From positions 1,440,001 to 1,504,000 of the forward strand of contig OZ253375.1 of the NCBI GenBank assembly GCA_965261005.1: a DNA stretch of 64,000 nucleotides, written 5' to 3'. Origin of the DNA: Deinococcus sp. GTDB taxonomy: Bacteria > Deinococcota > Deinococci > Deinococcales > Deinococcaceae. This document shows positions 33,996 through 43,599 of the stretch, in pieces (position 1 is the first letter of the stretch; each line of letters opens with the position of its first letter). Position numbers and translations under genes: made by a program. The notes under the pieces are model-generated. The model was given only the letters and a program-made list of their open reading frames with translations, did no database searches and was not told where the DNA came from.

Positions 33996-34763
33996 TCACG
34001 CGCGGCCACGGTCTACTCCAATCCAAGCTGCATAGCTTTTTATTTGCTTAGCTATACTGCTAACGTCCGGGTCTTCTCCTCCGGGCAGCCAACCTTTGGT
34101 AGCAAGATCAAGTGGGTTCACATCTTCCACCACATGCTCTGCAAGCCAGCTGAGGTGTTTTAGCACCTTGCGTTTGTTTAGCTCATCGGCGTAACCTCGC
34201 CGCTTCAGCCACTCGCCTTGCTCTTTGTAGTGTTTTCTCGCTCTATCAACAAACTTCTTTTCGCTTTCATGCTGAGGGTTGGCAGAAATGGGAGACGGTT
34301 TTGGGTCATCAGGCCCCAGCTCTATAGAAGGCTCTCCATCTAGGTAGCTAGAATTCCCATGCTCAAAGCACACAGTAGCCACACTTAAATTCGCATCTCC
34401 TGCCAAAGCTGGAATAAGAATAGAAATGGCGTATCCCTCTAACCATTCAGGCGTTTCGGGATGACCGTTAACGATTGTGGTCAAACGAAGTTCATGTGCC
34501 CACAGCTTCACAAAGTAGAGAAGGTGGGCGACAGCGGGCGAATATTGATGCCAAGGGCCGAAGCCCACTGAGTACCAGGGCAGCTCGCGCAAGCCCGCCA
34601 CATCGGGGGGCAAGCTCTTCTCTTCACGAGCTGCTACATACCACGGCACCGCTTCCTCAAGCCGCCTCATCTTGTCCGGGTAGCGCTGGGCCAGCACACC
34701 CAGATAAAGCCAGCGAAAGCGGGCAGCCTGAGCATCCGGGTACAACACGCGCCCTTTAGACAT
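33996..34763 (-). CDS. Hypothetical protein, paralogue 2 of tandem family
   Basis: Shares KH..WLA and I.KQI...A..IG C-terminal pattern with neighbours. Confidence 0.75.
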   Translation of the reverse strand: MSKGRVLYPDAQAARFRWLYLGVLAQRYPDKMRRLEEAVPWYVAAREEKSLPPDVAGLRELPWYSVGFGPWHQYSPAVAHLLYFVKLWAHELRLTTIVNGHPETPEWLEGYAISILIPALAGDANLSVATVCFEHGNSSYLDGEPSIELGPDDPKPSPISANPQHESEKKFVDRARKHYKEQGEWLKRRGYADELNKRKVLKHLSWLAEHVVEDVNPLDLATKGWLPGGEDPDVSSIAKQIKSYAAWIGVDRGRA

Positions 34764-35487
34764 TCGCCATACCATCGAAGCCAATACGCCGCGCCGTCTG
34801 CTTTATAGCCTTCCGAATTGTGGATTCATCGGTTGCCCGTCCGGCGGTCAGCTCGTGAGTCTCAATCTCACCCGGCCTCAAACCTTTGGTGACGGCGAGG
34901 GCCAGCCAACACAGGTGCTTCCAAGGAACATCGTTGGACGGCCGCGCTTTAACACGCCAGTTGTGCGCCTCCAGATATTCTTCCGAACGCTTCTGGTACG
35001 CCTTGAGAAGCTTGTGCATTTCGCACTCGTAGACGGTCCATGAGGTCGAGGGGTTCCAGGCGGGCAGTTCAGGCGGCTCTAGGTAAAGCATGACCCCACC
35101 CCACCCGTACGACGCGGGTACGGTGCGCTCAAGCTCGGGGATAATAAGCCACGTGTTCATGGACATCAGCGCGTAGCGTTCGCACCAGGTTTCGGTCAAC
35201 CTCCAACGTATCTGCCAGGCGTTCAGCAGATGCACCAGCGACCTAAACACGCCAGGCATACGGTCCTTTGAGCGTCTGCTCAGTAGGGCCATGCCTCTTA
35301 TTTCGTCGTGATACCTATAGCCGGCACCCTCAGTCGAGCGCGCCAGTTTGTAAGTCGGATATACCGAAGCGCACAGGTCATTCCACACTTCAGGCGCCAC
35401 CTCACTTACCGCTTGGCAAAATTGAAAACGCCAGTGGTCGGCTTGTTCACCGGCAGGCTCAAAGGCGGTCACAATCGGCCTACTCAT
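34756..35487 (-). CDS. Hypothetical protein, paralogue 1 of tandem family
   Basis: KHLCWLA..GLRPGEI...DESTIRKAIKQTARRIG. Confidence 0.75.
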   Translation of the reverse strand: MSRPIVTAFEPAGEQADHWRFQFCQAVSEVAPEVWNDLCASVYPTYKLARSTEGAGYRYHDEIRGMALLSRRSKDRMPGVFRSLVHLLNAWQIRWRLTETWCERYALMSMNTWLIIPELERTVPASYGWGGVMLYLEPPELPAWNPSTSWTVYECEMHKLLKAYQKRSEEYLEAHNWRVKARPSNDVPWKHLCWLALAVTKGLRPGEIETHELTAGRATDESTIRKAIKQTARRIGFDGMANV

Positions 35488-35563
35488 AAATCTTCAAGCC
35501 GCCTTTGCATCATCGTATTCTACCCGTTTCTAAGCGTGCTAGACGTGCTTGAGGCCCTGTCAG

Positions 35564-35589
35564 TTTTGGCGTAGTAGTGGCGTAGTAGC
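35564..35589 (+). repeat. 26-bp repeat, candidate integrase arm site, right copy
   Basis: Identical to 17221-17246. Confidence 0.85.
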
Positions 35590-35700
35590 CCGCTAAATAC
35601 GCCTAGAAACGCCCAGGAGTGCCCAGAACCCGAAACAGGCTTAAGCCGCGCTCAGACGTGCTTTTCTAGAATCTCTCAGGTGTGCTTAGCCATTGAGTCC

Positions 35701-35753
35701 CGCTCTTTGGAAGCGTCGATCATGGTTCGAATCCATGTGCCCCAGCCAAGAGA
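35701..35753 (+). repeat. Right att site: duplicated 3' part of tRNA-Gln
   Basis: 53-bp identity to 17106-17158; followed by terminator hairpin AGACCGGAG/CTCCGGTCT-T run. Confidence 0.95.
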
Positions 35754-35818
35754 CCGGAGGTTTCTCCGGTCTTTTTTCTATTCCAGCCACGAGTTCGGGC
35801 CGCGCGTATCATGCCCCC

Positions 35819-36532
35819 ATGATTTCTCCCCCCGTAGGCGAGCGGTCCGACAAGGCCGCGCCCGTTCGGCAGATGTTCGCGAGCATCGCGCCGCGCTACG
35901 ATTTCCTCAATCGGGTGCTGAGCTTGGGGGTGGACCGCGCTTGGCGCAGAGCCGCCGCCGAGGAGGCGCTGCTGCTGAATCCGGGGCGCGTGTTGGACGT
36001 GGCCACCGGCACGGCCGACTTCGCCTTAGAACTGGCGCGCCGCGCGCCGGGCAGCGAGGTGGTGGGCTGCGACTTCGTGCCGGAGATGCTGGAGATCGGG
36101 CGCCGCAAGGCCGGGAAGCAACACATGAAGGTGACCTTGGAGCTTGGCGACGCCCTCAACTTGCCCTACCCCGACGCCACCTTCGACGCCCTGACCTGCG
36201 CCTTTGGCTTTCGCAACTTCGCCGACTACCCGCGCGCGCTGTCCGAGTTCTGGCGGGTGCTGCGGCCCGGCGGGCGCCTAGTTATTCTGGAGTTTCCGCC
36301 GCCGAGCAGGACCCTTTTCGGCGCGCTGTTCCGGCTGTACTTCGAGCAAGTGCTGCCGCGCGTCGGGGGCCTGATCTCGGGCAATCCGCGGGCGTACCGC
36401 TACCTACCCGCCTCGGTGCTGGCTTTTCCCGAGCCGGCGCGCTTGGCCGATTTGATGGTGGCGGCCGGATTTCAGACCTGCTATCGCCTGTTGAGCTTTG
36501 GAATCGCGGCGCTGCACGTGGGAAACAAGTGA
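35819..36532 (+). CDS. menG: Demethylmenaquinone methyltransferase UbiE/MenG
   Basis: [41 protein letters not shown]. Confidence 0.92.
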   Translation: MISPPVGERSDKAAPVRQMFASIAPRYDFLNRVLSLGVDRAWRRAAAEEALLLNPGRVLDVATGTADFALELARRAPGSEVVGCDFVPEMLEIGRRKAGKQHMKVTLELGDALNLPYPDATFDALTCAFGFRNFADYPRALSEFWRVLRPGGRLVILEFPPPSRTLFGALFRLYFEQVLPRVGGLISGNPRAYRYLPASVLAFPEPARLADLMVAAGFQTCYRLLSFGIAALHVGNK

Positions 36533-37383
36533 TGCGCGGTCCCCTGATCACGGCCGAATGGCTGCTGGAACATCTGCAAGACGAACACCTGCGAATCGTG
36601 GATTGCCGCTTCTTGCTGGCCGATTCGCAGGCCGGGCGCCGGGCCTACGAGGCGGGCCATCTTCCCGGCGCGGTGTACCTGGACTTGGAAGGTGACCTTT
36701 CCGGCCCGAAACACCCGGACGGCGCGGGCGGGCGCCACCCGCTGCCGAACCCGGACGAGCTGGCCGCCAAGCTGGGCGCGCTGGGCATCGGCGACGCCAG
36801 TGTTGTGGTCGCCTACGACGATCCGCCGGGCGGTGGTCTGTTCGCGGCGCGGCTGTGGTGGCTGCTGCGCTGGCTGGGGCGTGACCGGGTGGCCGTGCTG
36901 AACGGTGGGCTGAACGCCTGGCGTCAGGTGGGTGGCGCGCTGGCGACGGAGGTGCCGGGCTTTCCCCCGGCGATCTTTACCCCGCGTGTGCGGCCAGAAC
37001 TGGTGACGGACGCGACGGGGGTGATGGGGCGCGGCGGGGCGGCCCTGATGGACTCGCGGGCGGCGGCGCGCTACAGCGGCGCGGTCGAACCCCTCGACCG
37101 CAGGGCCGGGCACATCCCCGGCGCCCTCAACCTCGATTGGGCGGGGGCGCTGGATGAGAACGGGCGCTTCAAACCGGCGGGGGCACAGCGCGAACGCTTC
37201 GCTCAGCTTGGCGAGCAAGGCGCCATCCTGTACTGCGGCTCGGGCGTCAGCGCGGCGGTGAACCTGCTGGCCTTGGAGTTGGCCGGGCGCCCGCTGGGGC
37301 CGGAGACCCGCCTGTACGCCGGCTCGTGGAGCGACTGGGTCAGCGACGAGGGGCGGCCGGTGGCGACGGGGGAAGCGCCCTGA
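36532..37383 (+). CDS. Rhodanese / mercaptopyruvate sulfurtransferase
   Basis: [35 protein letters not shown]. Confidence 0.92.
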   Translation: MRGPLITAEWLLEHLQDEHLRIVDCRFLLADSQAGRRAYEAGHLPGAVYLDLEGDLSGPKHPDGAGGRHPLPNPDELAAKLGALGIGDASVVVAYDDPPGGGLFAARLWWLLRWLGRDRVAVLNGGLNAWRQVGGALATEVPGFPPAIFTPRVRPELVTDATGVMGRGGAALMDSRAAARYSGAVEPLDRRAGHIPGALNLDWAGALDENGRFKPAGAQRERFAQLGEQGAILYCGSGVSAAVNLLALELAGRPLGPETRLYAGSWSDWVSDEGRPVATGEAP

Positions 37384-37447
37384 TCATTCCCTTCAGCTAG
37401 CGGTCAACAGTTGATTGTCCACCGCTAAGATGCTAAATTTTTTGTAC

Positions 37448-37478
37448 GGGGCCGCGCTTGCGCGGTCTTCGCCTTTTT
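37448..37478 (+). other. G(CUUG)C hairpin plus T run: terminator and/or tiny RNA
   Basis: GGGGCCGCG-CTTG-CGCGGTCTT; TTGATT-17-TAAATT promoter-like sequence immediately upstream. Confidence 0.5.
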
Positions 37479-38615
37479 ATGGCTCAAGGTGGGTCATGCC
37501 GCTGACGCTGAGGTCCTTGAGAATTGGCAGGTAAAAGTAGCCGTGCGTGTTTCTCAGGCGTTCTGTTCGTCTGAGAAATTCTTCTGGCTTGACGAGATAT
37601 GCCTCGCAAAACTCGGGGTGATACTCGTACATTGCTCGGTAGGCGAGGGCATAGTGCATCACCCCAAGGCCCTCGTGGTTCTTGACCCACTTGCGATTCA
37701 CGATATGCGGGATGTTGGCACTGATAAAGTGCTGAAACTTTTCCCCAACTTTTCCCAATACGTTGTCAACAAATATTTGGTGAAGCGATCTATCGGCTCT
37801 TCACGGGACTCAGCAAGGTCCACCCGGAAGAACAAGTAACCCATCAAATCGGCCAACTGAATGAGCGCGCTCTGGTCCGAATCGGGAACACGCGAAACTC
37901 CCTGGATTTGAGCGAGGTTGGTGTACGAGGTTAGCACTTCATACGCCTCGGCGCTGTCCAGACCGCTCGAGTCGTCGAAGGGATCGAGCAAAAAGTGGCC
38001 GGTCTTCTGCCCTGCCTGCCGCAGCACCTCATCCGCAAATGCAAAGACACGTTTCAGGGTAGGAACAAGAATGCTGGCGCTTTTAAGGTGGTAGCGTTGG
38101 TAGAGCTTAGGAAATGGGCGAACGCTGTGCCGCTTGATAAAGGCGGACTCGGCCTGAAAGCTGGGATTGGCGTGCATGGCTAGAATAGGCTTTGCCTCTT
38201 GTGCCCTTTTCAAGGTGAGGCGAAAGGTATCGAGGCCACGGGGCACGCGGTTCAGCCCTACGGCAATCTGCACGCCACGTTCCGCCCATTCCTTAATTTG
38301 CTCGATATCAACGCCGAAATATGGGTTCGGCTGTCCTCGATACTTCGGTGGGCGACTCTTGCCAGTCATGATGCGCATGTGGATGGGCGGCAATGTGGCC
38401 GCCCCCGTCGCAGCTTGAATATCCCGCCTTAAGGCCGTCCACTCATGCTCAAGCCGACCCATCAGCTCCGTTCTGAGCATGACTGCCGTGCAGTTGGCAA
38501 AGGGATGATCGCCGGGAAAGAACTCGCCCGAGCGCGTTACAAGAGCCTCAATGCCTCCCGAGTCATCAATGGCGATTTGATAGTCGGCTTCACCGGTCGT
38601 CATTGCCACGCTCAA
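37477..38615 (-). pseudogene. DUF3800-like (RNase H-fold) protein, frameshifted near 37736-37756
   Basis: AIDDSG N-terminal motif and LIQLAD motif; two overlapping ORFs; lower GC than flanks. Confidence 0.6.
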
Positions 38616-38672
38616 CTTATCATTTCGTGCTCCTTTGCCCGATCAACAGAAGAGGCGAGGAAGGCGAGCTTT

Positions 38673-39866
38673 TCACTCGTACCTCAGGGCCTCGATGGGG
38701 GTCAAGTTGGCGGCGCGGCTGGCGGGCCACACCCCGAAGGCGATTCCCGTCAGGATGGAGACGCCCAGGGCGAGGAAGCCGGTCGCAGGCGAGATGATGA
38801 CCTGCGGAAAGATGGTCGGCGCGGCCAGGGCCAACAGCACCACCACGCCGGCCGACAGCGCGAAGCCGATCAGGCCGCCCAAGGCGGTCAGGGTGACGGC
38901 CTCGATCAGGAACTGACCCAGAATGGTGGCGCGCCGCGCGCCCAGCGCCTTGCGCAGTCCGATCTCGCGGGTGCGCTCGGTCACGCTGACCAGCATAATG
39001 TTCATGATGCCGATGCCGCCGACCAGCAGCGACAAGCCGCCGATGCCGGCCAGCAGCACCTGTAAAATCAGCGTGATCTGGTTGAACTGCTGCACGAACT
39101 GGTCAATGTTGACGATGTCGAAGTCCGCCTTGCCGCGCCGCCGCGTGAGGATGTCGCGCACGCGCCCCTGCACCGCCTTCACGTCGGCGCCGGGGTCGAG
39201 GCGGAACTGCAAGAAGCTGTACTCGTCGCGCGGAATACCGAAGCCGCGCCAAGTGGTCGTGATCGGGACGTAGGCGCTGTCGCCGCCGCCGAACAGCGAG
39301 GAGAGGTCCTGTGTCACGCCGATGACCGTGAACTCCTGACGCCCGCCGCCGGAGGGCTGCACCCGCACGGTCTTGCTGACCGGATTCTGGGTTCCGAACA
39401 GCTTGACGGCCGTCTTGTTGGGCAGCACCAGCACGTCGGCGGCGGCGCGCTCCTCGAAGGCGTCGAAAAAGCGCCCCGATTGCAGCTTGGCGTCGCTGCT
39501 GACCTGCGGGTAGTTGGCACGCACGCCGTTGAGGCTCAGGCTCAGCGTCTTGTCCCCGGCCGTGAGGGTGGACGGCGCGAAGGTAGAGGAGCTGTCGGTC
39601 AACGGGAGGGCGCCCAGCGCGTCGATGTCGTCCTGGGTGAAGTTGTGTGCGGGGCGTCCCGGATCGAACTTGGGCTGCACGAACAAGGTCCGCCCGCCGA
39701 TGGCGTTCAGCTGGCCGCTGATGGCCGAGGTCGCCATCTGCCCCAGGGAGAGCATGGTGGTCACCGCGAACACCCCGATGATGACCCCCAGCATGGTCAG
39801 GGCGCTGCGCAGCTTGTTGGTGGCGATGGCGCGCAGGGCGGTGGCGAGGTTCTCGGCGACGTTCAC
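38673..39866 (-). CDS. MacB/FtsX-type ABC permease
   Basis: RSALTMLGVIIG, GGIGIMNIMLVSVTERTREIGLRKALGA, PIEALRYE. Confidence 0.95.
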   Translation of the reverse strand: MNVAENLATALRAIATNKLRSALTMLGVIIGVFAVTTMLSLGQMATSAISGQLNAIGGRTLFVQPKFDPGRPAHNFTQDDIDALGALPLTDSSSTFAPSTLTAGDKTLSLSLNGVRANYPQVSSDAKLQSGRFFDAFEERAAADVLVLPNKTAVKLFGTQNPVSKTVRVQPSGGGRQEFTVIGVTQDLSSLFGGGDSAYVPITTTWRGFGIPRDEYSFLQFRLDPGADVKAVQGRVRDILTRRRGKADFDIVNIDQFVQQFNQITLILQVLLAGIGGLSLLVGGIGIMNIMLVSVTERTREIGLRKALGARRATILGQFLIEAVTLTALGGLIGFALSAGVVVLLALAAPTIFPQVIISPATGFLALGVSILTGIAFGVWPASRAANLTPIEALRYE

Positions 39867-40567
39867 GGCTCCTCCAGCACAATCTGCCCATCGCGCAGCC
39901 GCATGATGCGCCCGGCGCGCGCCCCCACCTCGTCCTCGTGGGTCACCACGATTAAGGTGCGGCCCCCGGCGTGAAGGCGGTCGAACAGTTCCAGAATCTC
40001 CCCTGTGGAGCGCGAATCGAGATTGCCGGTCGGCTCGTCGGCCAGCAGCACGTCCGGCTCCTGAACCAGGGCGCGGGCGATGGCGACCCGCTGCTTTTGC
40101 CCGCCCGACAGCTCGCTGGGCTTGTGCTGGGCGCGGTCCGATAAGCCGACTTGCGCCAGGGCGGCCTGCGCTAGAACGGCGCGCTCGCGCGGCCGGACGC
40201 CGCGGTACGCCAGCGGCAGCTCTACGTTCTTTTGGGCGCTGGTGCGCGCCAGCAGATTAAAGGCCTGGAAGACGAAGCCCACCCGCCGGTTGCGCACCCG
40301 CGCGAGGTCGTCCTCCTTTAAACGGCCCACGTCCTCGCCGGCCAGGCGGTAGCTGCCCGCGCTGGGCACATCCAGGCAGCCCAGGATGTGCATCAGGGTG
40401 CTCTTGCCGCTGCCCGACGGCCCCATCAGTGCGACGTACTCCCCCTGCGCGATGGTCAGGTCCACGCCCCTGAGGGCGCGCACCTCGGCGTCCCCCTCGC
40501 CGGCGTAGATTTTGCTGACGCCGGCGAGTTCGATCACGGGCACCCGGTCCACAGCTGGGGCGCTCAT
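39863..40567 (-). CDS. ABC ATP-binding protein (MacB/LolD-like)
   Basis: GPSGSGKST, GFVFQ, LSGGQKQR, ADEPTGNLD. Confidence 0.95.
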   Translation of the reverse strand: MSAPAVDRVPVIELAGVSKIYAGEGDAEVRALRGVDLTIAQGEYVALMGPSGSGKSTLMHILGCLDVPSAGSYRLAGEDVGRLKEDDLARVRNRRVGFVFQAFNLLARTSAQKNVELPLAYRGVRPRERAVLAQAALAQVGLSDRAQHKPSELSGGQKQRVAIARALVQEPDVLLADEPTGNLDSRSTGEILELFDRLHAGGRTLIVVTHEDEVGARAGRIMRLRDGQIVLEEP

Positions 40568-41865
40568 TTCGTCTGTCCCGGCGGCGTATAGGTCACGCGC
40601 GTCCCGGCCTTCAGCTCGTCGCCGCCGCTGACCAGCAGCTCCCCCGCCGTGAGGCCCTCGCCGCGCAGGGCGGCCCGGTTGTTGTTGCGCGCCAGCACCG
40701 TCACGCCCTGCTTCTCCAAGGCGCCGCCGCTCACACCAGTGGTCGTCTCGCCCGGCTTGACCCGCCACACGAAGGACGAGGCGCCGGCGCCGTTCACGGC
40801 CTCCAGCGGGGCCGTCAGCGCGTCCTCCAAGCGTTCGGTCTGCACGCGGGCGGTGGCGGTGTAGCCGGGGCGCACGCCGGCGGCGCCAGCGGCACTTTCA
40901 AAGGTGACGCGCGCCAACACGCTCGCCACCTGACCACCCCCCCGGTCGGCGGTGGGGTTAACCGCGCGCACCCGGCCCATGACGTTCTTGCCCGGCAGGG
41001 CGTCGAACTCCAGCTTGACCGGCTGGCCGGGCCGCAGCTCGGCGGCGCGCGTCTCGTCGAAGGCGACCTCCACGTACAGATCGTCCGGATCGGTAATTTC
41101 AAAGGCGGGACCCGACACGGGGGCCGGGCCGCCGGCGGTCACGTTCACGGCCGAGACCACCCCGGCAATGGGGGCGCGCAAGTCGGCGCCGGCCAGGTTG
41201 CTCTCCGAGTTCGCCACCCGCACCCGCGCCGACTCGGCCCCGGCGCGCGCCTGCGCCACGCCGGCCCCGCCCGCACTTTGCAGGCGCTGCGCGGCGTAGT
41301 TGGCGTCCAACTGCGCCCCTTCCAGCTTGCGGGCTGCGTCGCCCACCGCCGACTTGGCCGCGCGCACGCTCTCGGCGCTGGCGCCGCCAACCGCGAACAA
41401 CTGGCGCTGTGAGGCGAGGCTCTGCTGGGCGTCGGTCAGCCCGGCCCGCGCCCCCTGCACGGCGATGCGAGCCGAGTCGGCGGCGCGCTTCAGGTCCACC
41501 AGGTTGCTCGCAGCGTCCGCCTGGGCGCGCGCCAAATCGGCTTCGGCCGCGCCCAGGCTGCTGCGGGCGCTCTCCAAGTCGCGCCGAACGGAGGCGCTGT
41601 CCAGCCGCGCCAGCAGGGCGCCGCGCTCCACCTTGTCGCCGGCGCAGACGCTCACCTCGCCCACCAAGCCCGTCCCCGCGAAGCTGACGGCGCGCACCCG
41701 ACGCGCCCGCACGGTGCCGGTCGCGCTCACCTCGGTCGTGAACAGGCCGCGCTCCAAGCGGGTCACGCTGACGGGCACACCCTGCGGCCCGCGCGGGCGC
41801 AGCAGCGCAAAGGCCGTGATGAGCAGGCTGAGGGCGATCAGGGCGGGCAGAATCCAGCGCCGCAC
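40564..41865 (-). CDS. Periplasmic adaptor (MacA/HlyD family)
   Basis: TM anchor, V..GDKV..G.LLA, coiled coil, LRAPIAGVV. Confidence 0.9.
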   Translation of the reverse strand: MRRWILPALIALSLLITAFALLRPRGPQGVPVSVTRLERGLFTTEVSATGTVRARRVRAVSFAGTGLVGEVSVCAGDKVERGALLARLDSASVRRDLESARSSLGAAEADLARAQADAASNLVDLKRAADSARIAVQGARAGLTDAQQSLASQRQLFAVGGASAESVRAAKSAVGDAARKLEGAQLDANYAAQRLQSAGGAGVAQARAGAESARVRVANSESNLAGADLRAPIAGVVSAVNVTAGGPAPVSGPAFEITDPDDLYVEVAFDETRAAELRPGQPVKLEFDALPGKNVMGRVRAVNPTADRGGGQVASVLARVTFESAAGAAGVRPGYTATARVQTERLEDALTAPLEAVNGAGASSFVWRVKPGETTTGVSGGALEKQGVTVLARNNNRAALRGEGLTAGELLVSGGDELKAGTRVTYTPPGQTK

Positions 41866-41866
41866 G

Positions 41867-42436
41867 TCAGGCCCGCCGGCCCAGCAGCGTGAAGCCGACC
41901 GCGATCACCGCGCCGATGAGCAGCGGCGCCAGCACCCCGCGCAGCGCCCGCCCGCGCTCGCCGGTTATCGCCGGCAAGCCCAGGTAGGCCAGCGCGAATT
42001 GCAGCGCGTACACCGCGTAGCTGCCCCAAGTGCTCAGGCGCGCGAGCCAGTTGGCGTTGTAGGCCGCGCTCAGCGCTGCCGACCGTTCGCGCACGGCGTC
42101 CGCCAGCGCCGGCCCCTCCAGCCCGGTCGGCAGCGGCGGCACGCCCACGATCTGCGGCGGAAACAGCGCCGCCAGCGGCAGCAGGATCAGAAACCAGATC
42201 AGCGTCACCAGCGTCACCAGAAAGGTCGCGCCGTACACCTCGGCGGCGCGCGCCAGCGAACCGGCCAGCAGCACGCTGGCCGCCGCCCCCACCAAGCCGC
42301 TCAGCAGCACCAGCCAGAAGTAGCGCCCTCCCCGCGCGGGCAGGGCGCGCAAGTGCGGGTAAAAGCGGCGCGGCTGGGTCAGCAGGTTGGTCAGGGGCGC
42401 TTGGGCCGGTGTCGCTTGGGTCTGCGGACTGGTCAT
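41867..42436 (-). CDS. Yip1-like membrane protein
   Basis: LLTQPRRFY followed by several TM segments; first gene of exporter operon. Confidence 0.6.
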   Translation of the reverse strand: MTSPQTQATPAQAPLTNLLTQPRRFYPHLRALPARGGRYFWLVLLSGLVGAAASVLLAGSLARAAEVYGATFLVTLVTLIWFLILLPLAALFPPQIVGVPPLPTGLEGPALADAVRERSAALSAAYNANWLARLSTWGSYAVYALQFALAYLGLPAITGERGRALRGVLAPLLIGAVIAVGFTLLGRRA

Positions 42437-42786
42437 GGGACTCTCCTTTACAAGGGGCGAATGTGCGAGGGACGAAGGGCCTTAGCTTCGTTCCCTAATA
42501 CGGGGATGTGACGGCAGCGGTTGCACTGGACTGACCCTCACCTTAATACCGAAAGTCCTCGTCCTCTTTTTAGGGGGGCATGCAGGGCTGACGTATGTCG
42601 AACGGCTGGATGAAGAACACCCGTCCATTCTGTTTTCAACGTAAATATTCGCGCTTGTTGACTCGTTTTTTGTGTCTCTGCCGAAAAGCGAGGCTGCCAA
42701 GTAAGGGCGTAACCTCAACGCGCGTCAGCCTTGGAAGTATTGAGAAGGGCGCTCAATACTGAAGGCAAATGCTCTAGGCTCGGACC

Positions 42787-43551
42787 ATGCCCCTTTCCTC
42801 TTTGGCGCGGCCCCTCGACTTCACCTTCGCGTCGAACCGCCTCGCCGCCGCCGGCCTCGTAGGCGGGGCGCTGTTGGGGTGGGGGCGACAGCGCAACGTG
42901 AAGGCGGCCTTGTCGGCGGGCGCGGACGTGTTCGTGGCTTGGGCCATCGCCCGCGAACTCGACCCGGACGACGCGCTTTCGGCGGCCTGGGCGCTGGCGC
43001 TGGCCTTGCCGGTCGCCGCGCTGGCCCCGTCCCAGGATTTGAGCGGCGGCGCCCTGTTGCAAGCCCTGCGCCTGCTGACTGGCACCACCGGCGTGGAGCC
43101 GACGGGCCTCGACGCCCTCGCGCTGGGCGGGGCGGCGGCCCTGAGCGCGGGCGGCGGCGGCGTGGCGGCCCTCGCGCCGGGCCTCGCGTGGTGGCTGTCG
43201 GCGAGCGTCCGCGATGAACTCAGCCCACCGCTGTGGCCGGCCGCCGTGGCGGGCGCCGGTCAGCTGGCCGGCGCGTTCAGGCGCCGGGAGCAGGTGAAGC
43301 GGGACGGCGGGGCGCCGCTCAAGCTGGCCGCCCTGGCCGTTCTCGCGGCGACCTGGGGCGCGACCCAACCGGGCGAGGTGAGCAGCGCGTGCGACCACAA
43401 CCGGCTCTTCGTCTCGGCGCGGCGGGTGACGCTCGCTCGGCAATTGACGGTGGGTTTGCTGGCGGCCGAGACCCTATCCGAGGGGACGCGCGGCGCGCGG
43501 CGCCTCTGGCCGCTGTGGGCCGCGTGGCTGGCGGTGGCGGCGCGCCGCTGA
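42787..43551 (+). CDS. Hypothetical membrane protein
   Basis: Hydrophobic; RPLD...SNR and WAIARELDPD motifs; TAGGCT 6 nt before ATG. Confidence 0.7.
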   Translation: MPLSSLARPLDFTFASNRLAAAGLVGGALLGWGRQRNVKAALSAGADVFVAWAIARELDPDDALSAAWALALALPVAALAPSQDLSGGALLQALRLLTGTTGVEPTGLDALALGGAAALSAGGGGVAALAPGLAWWLSASVRDELSPPLWPAAVAGAGQLAGAFRRREQVKRDGGAPLKLAALAVLAATWGATQPGEVSSACDHNRLFVSARRVTLARQLTVGLLAAETLSEGTRGARRLWPLWAAWLAVAARR

Positions 43552-43599
43552 GGGCATTTCCAGGGGTGATTTGCCGCTTCTCCGCCTTACACTATCTCC

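Larger units (their letters stand above)
32246..34009 (-). pseudogene. Third paralogue of unknown tandem family; nonsense codon plus IS insertion
   Basis: GTG 34009 after GGAG; in-frame TGA at 33947-33949; IS removal joins EDYAN|EILAW in frame (~289 aa). Confidence 0.8.
17106..35753. mobile_element. ~18.6 kb tRNA-Gln-integrated element (integrase + primase-helicase; satellite/IME-like)
   Basis: 53-bp direct repeat 17106-17158 = 35701-35753; integrase adjacent to the tRNA; primase-helicase; cargo genes. Confidence 0.93.

Noticed and set aside
35701..35748. Second tRNA-Gln gene
   Set aside because: Lacks the 5' acceptor strand and D-arm; it is the att duplication
42482..42718. 78-aa ORF in a lower-GC spacer
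   Set aside because: No RBS or motif and atypical composition; likely divergent promoter region
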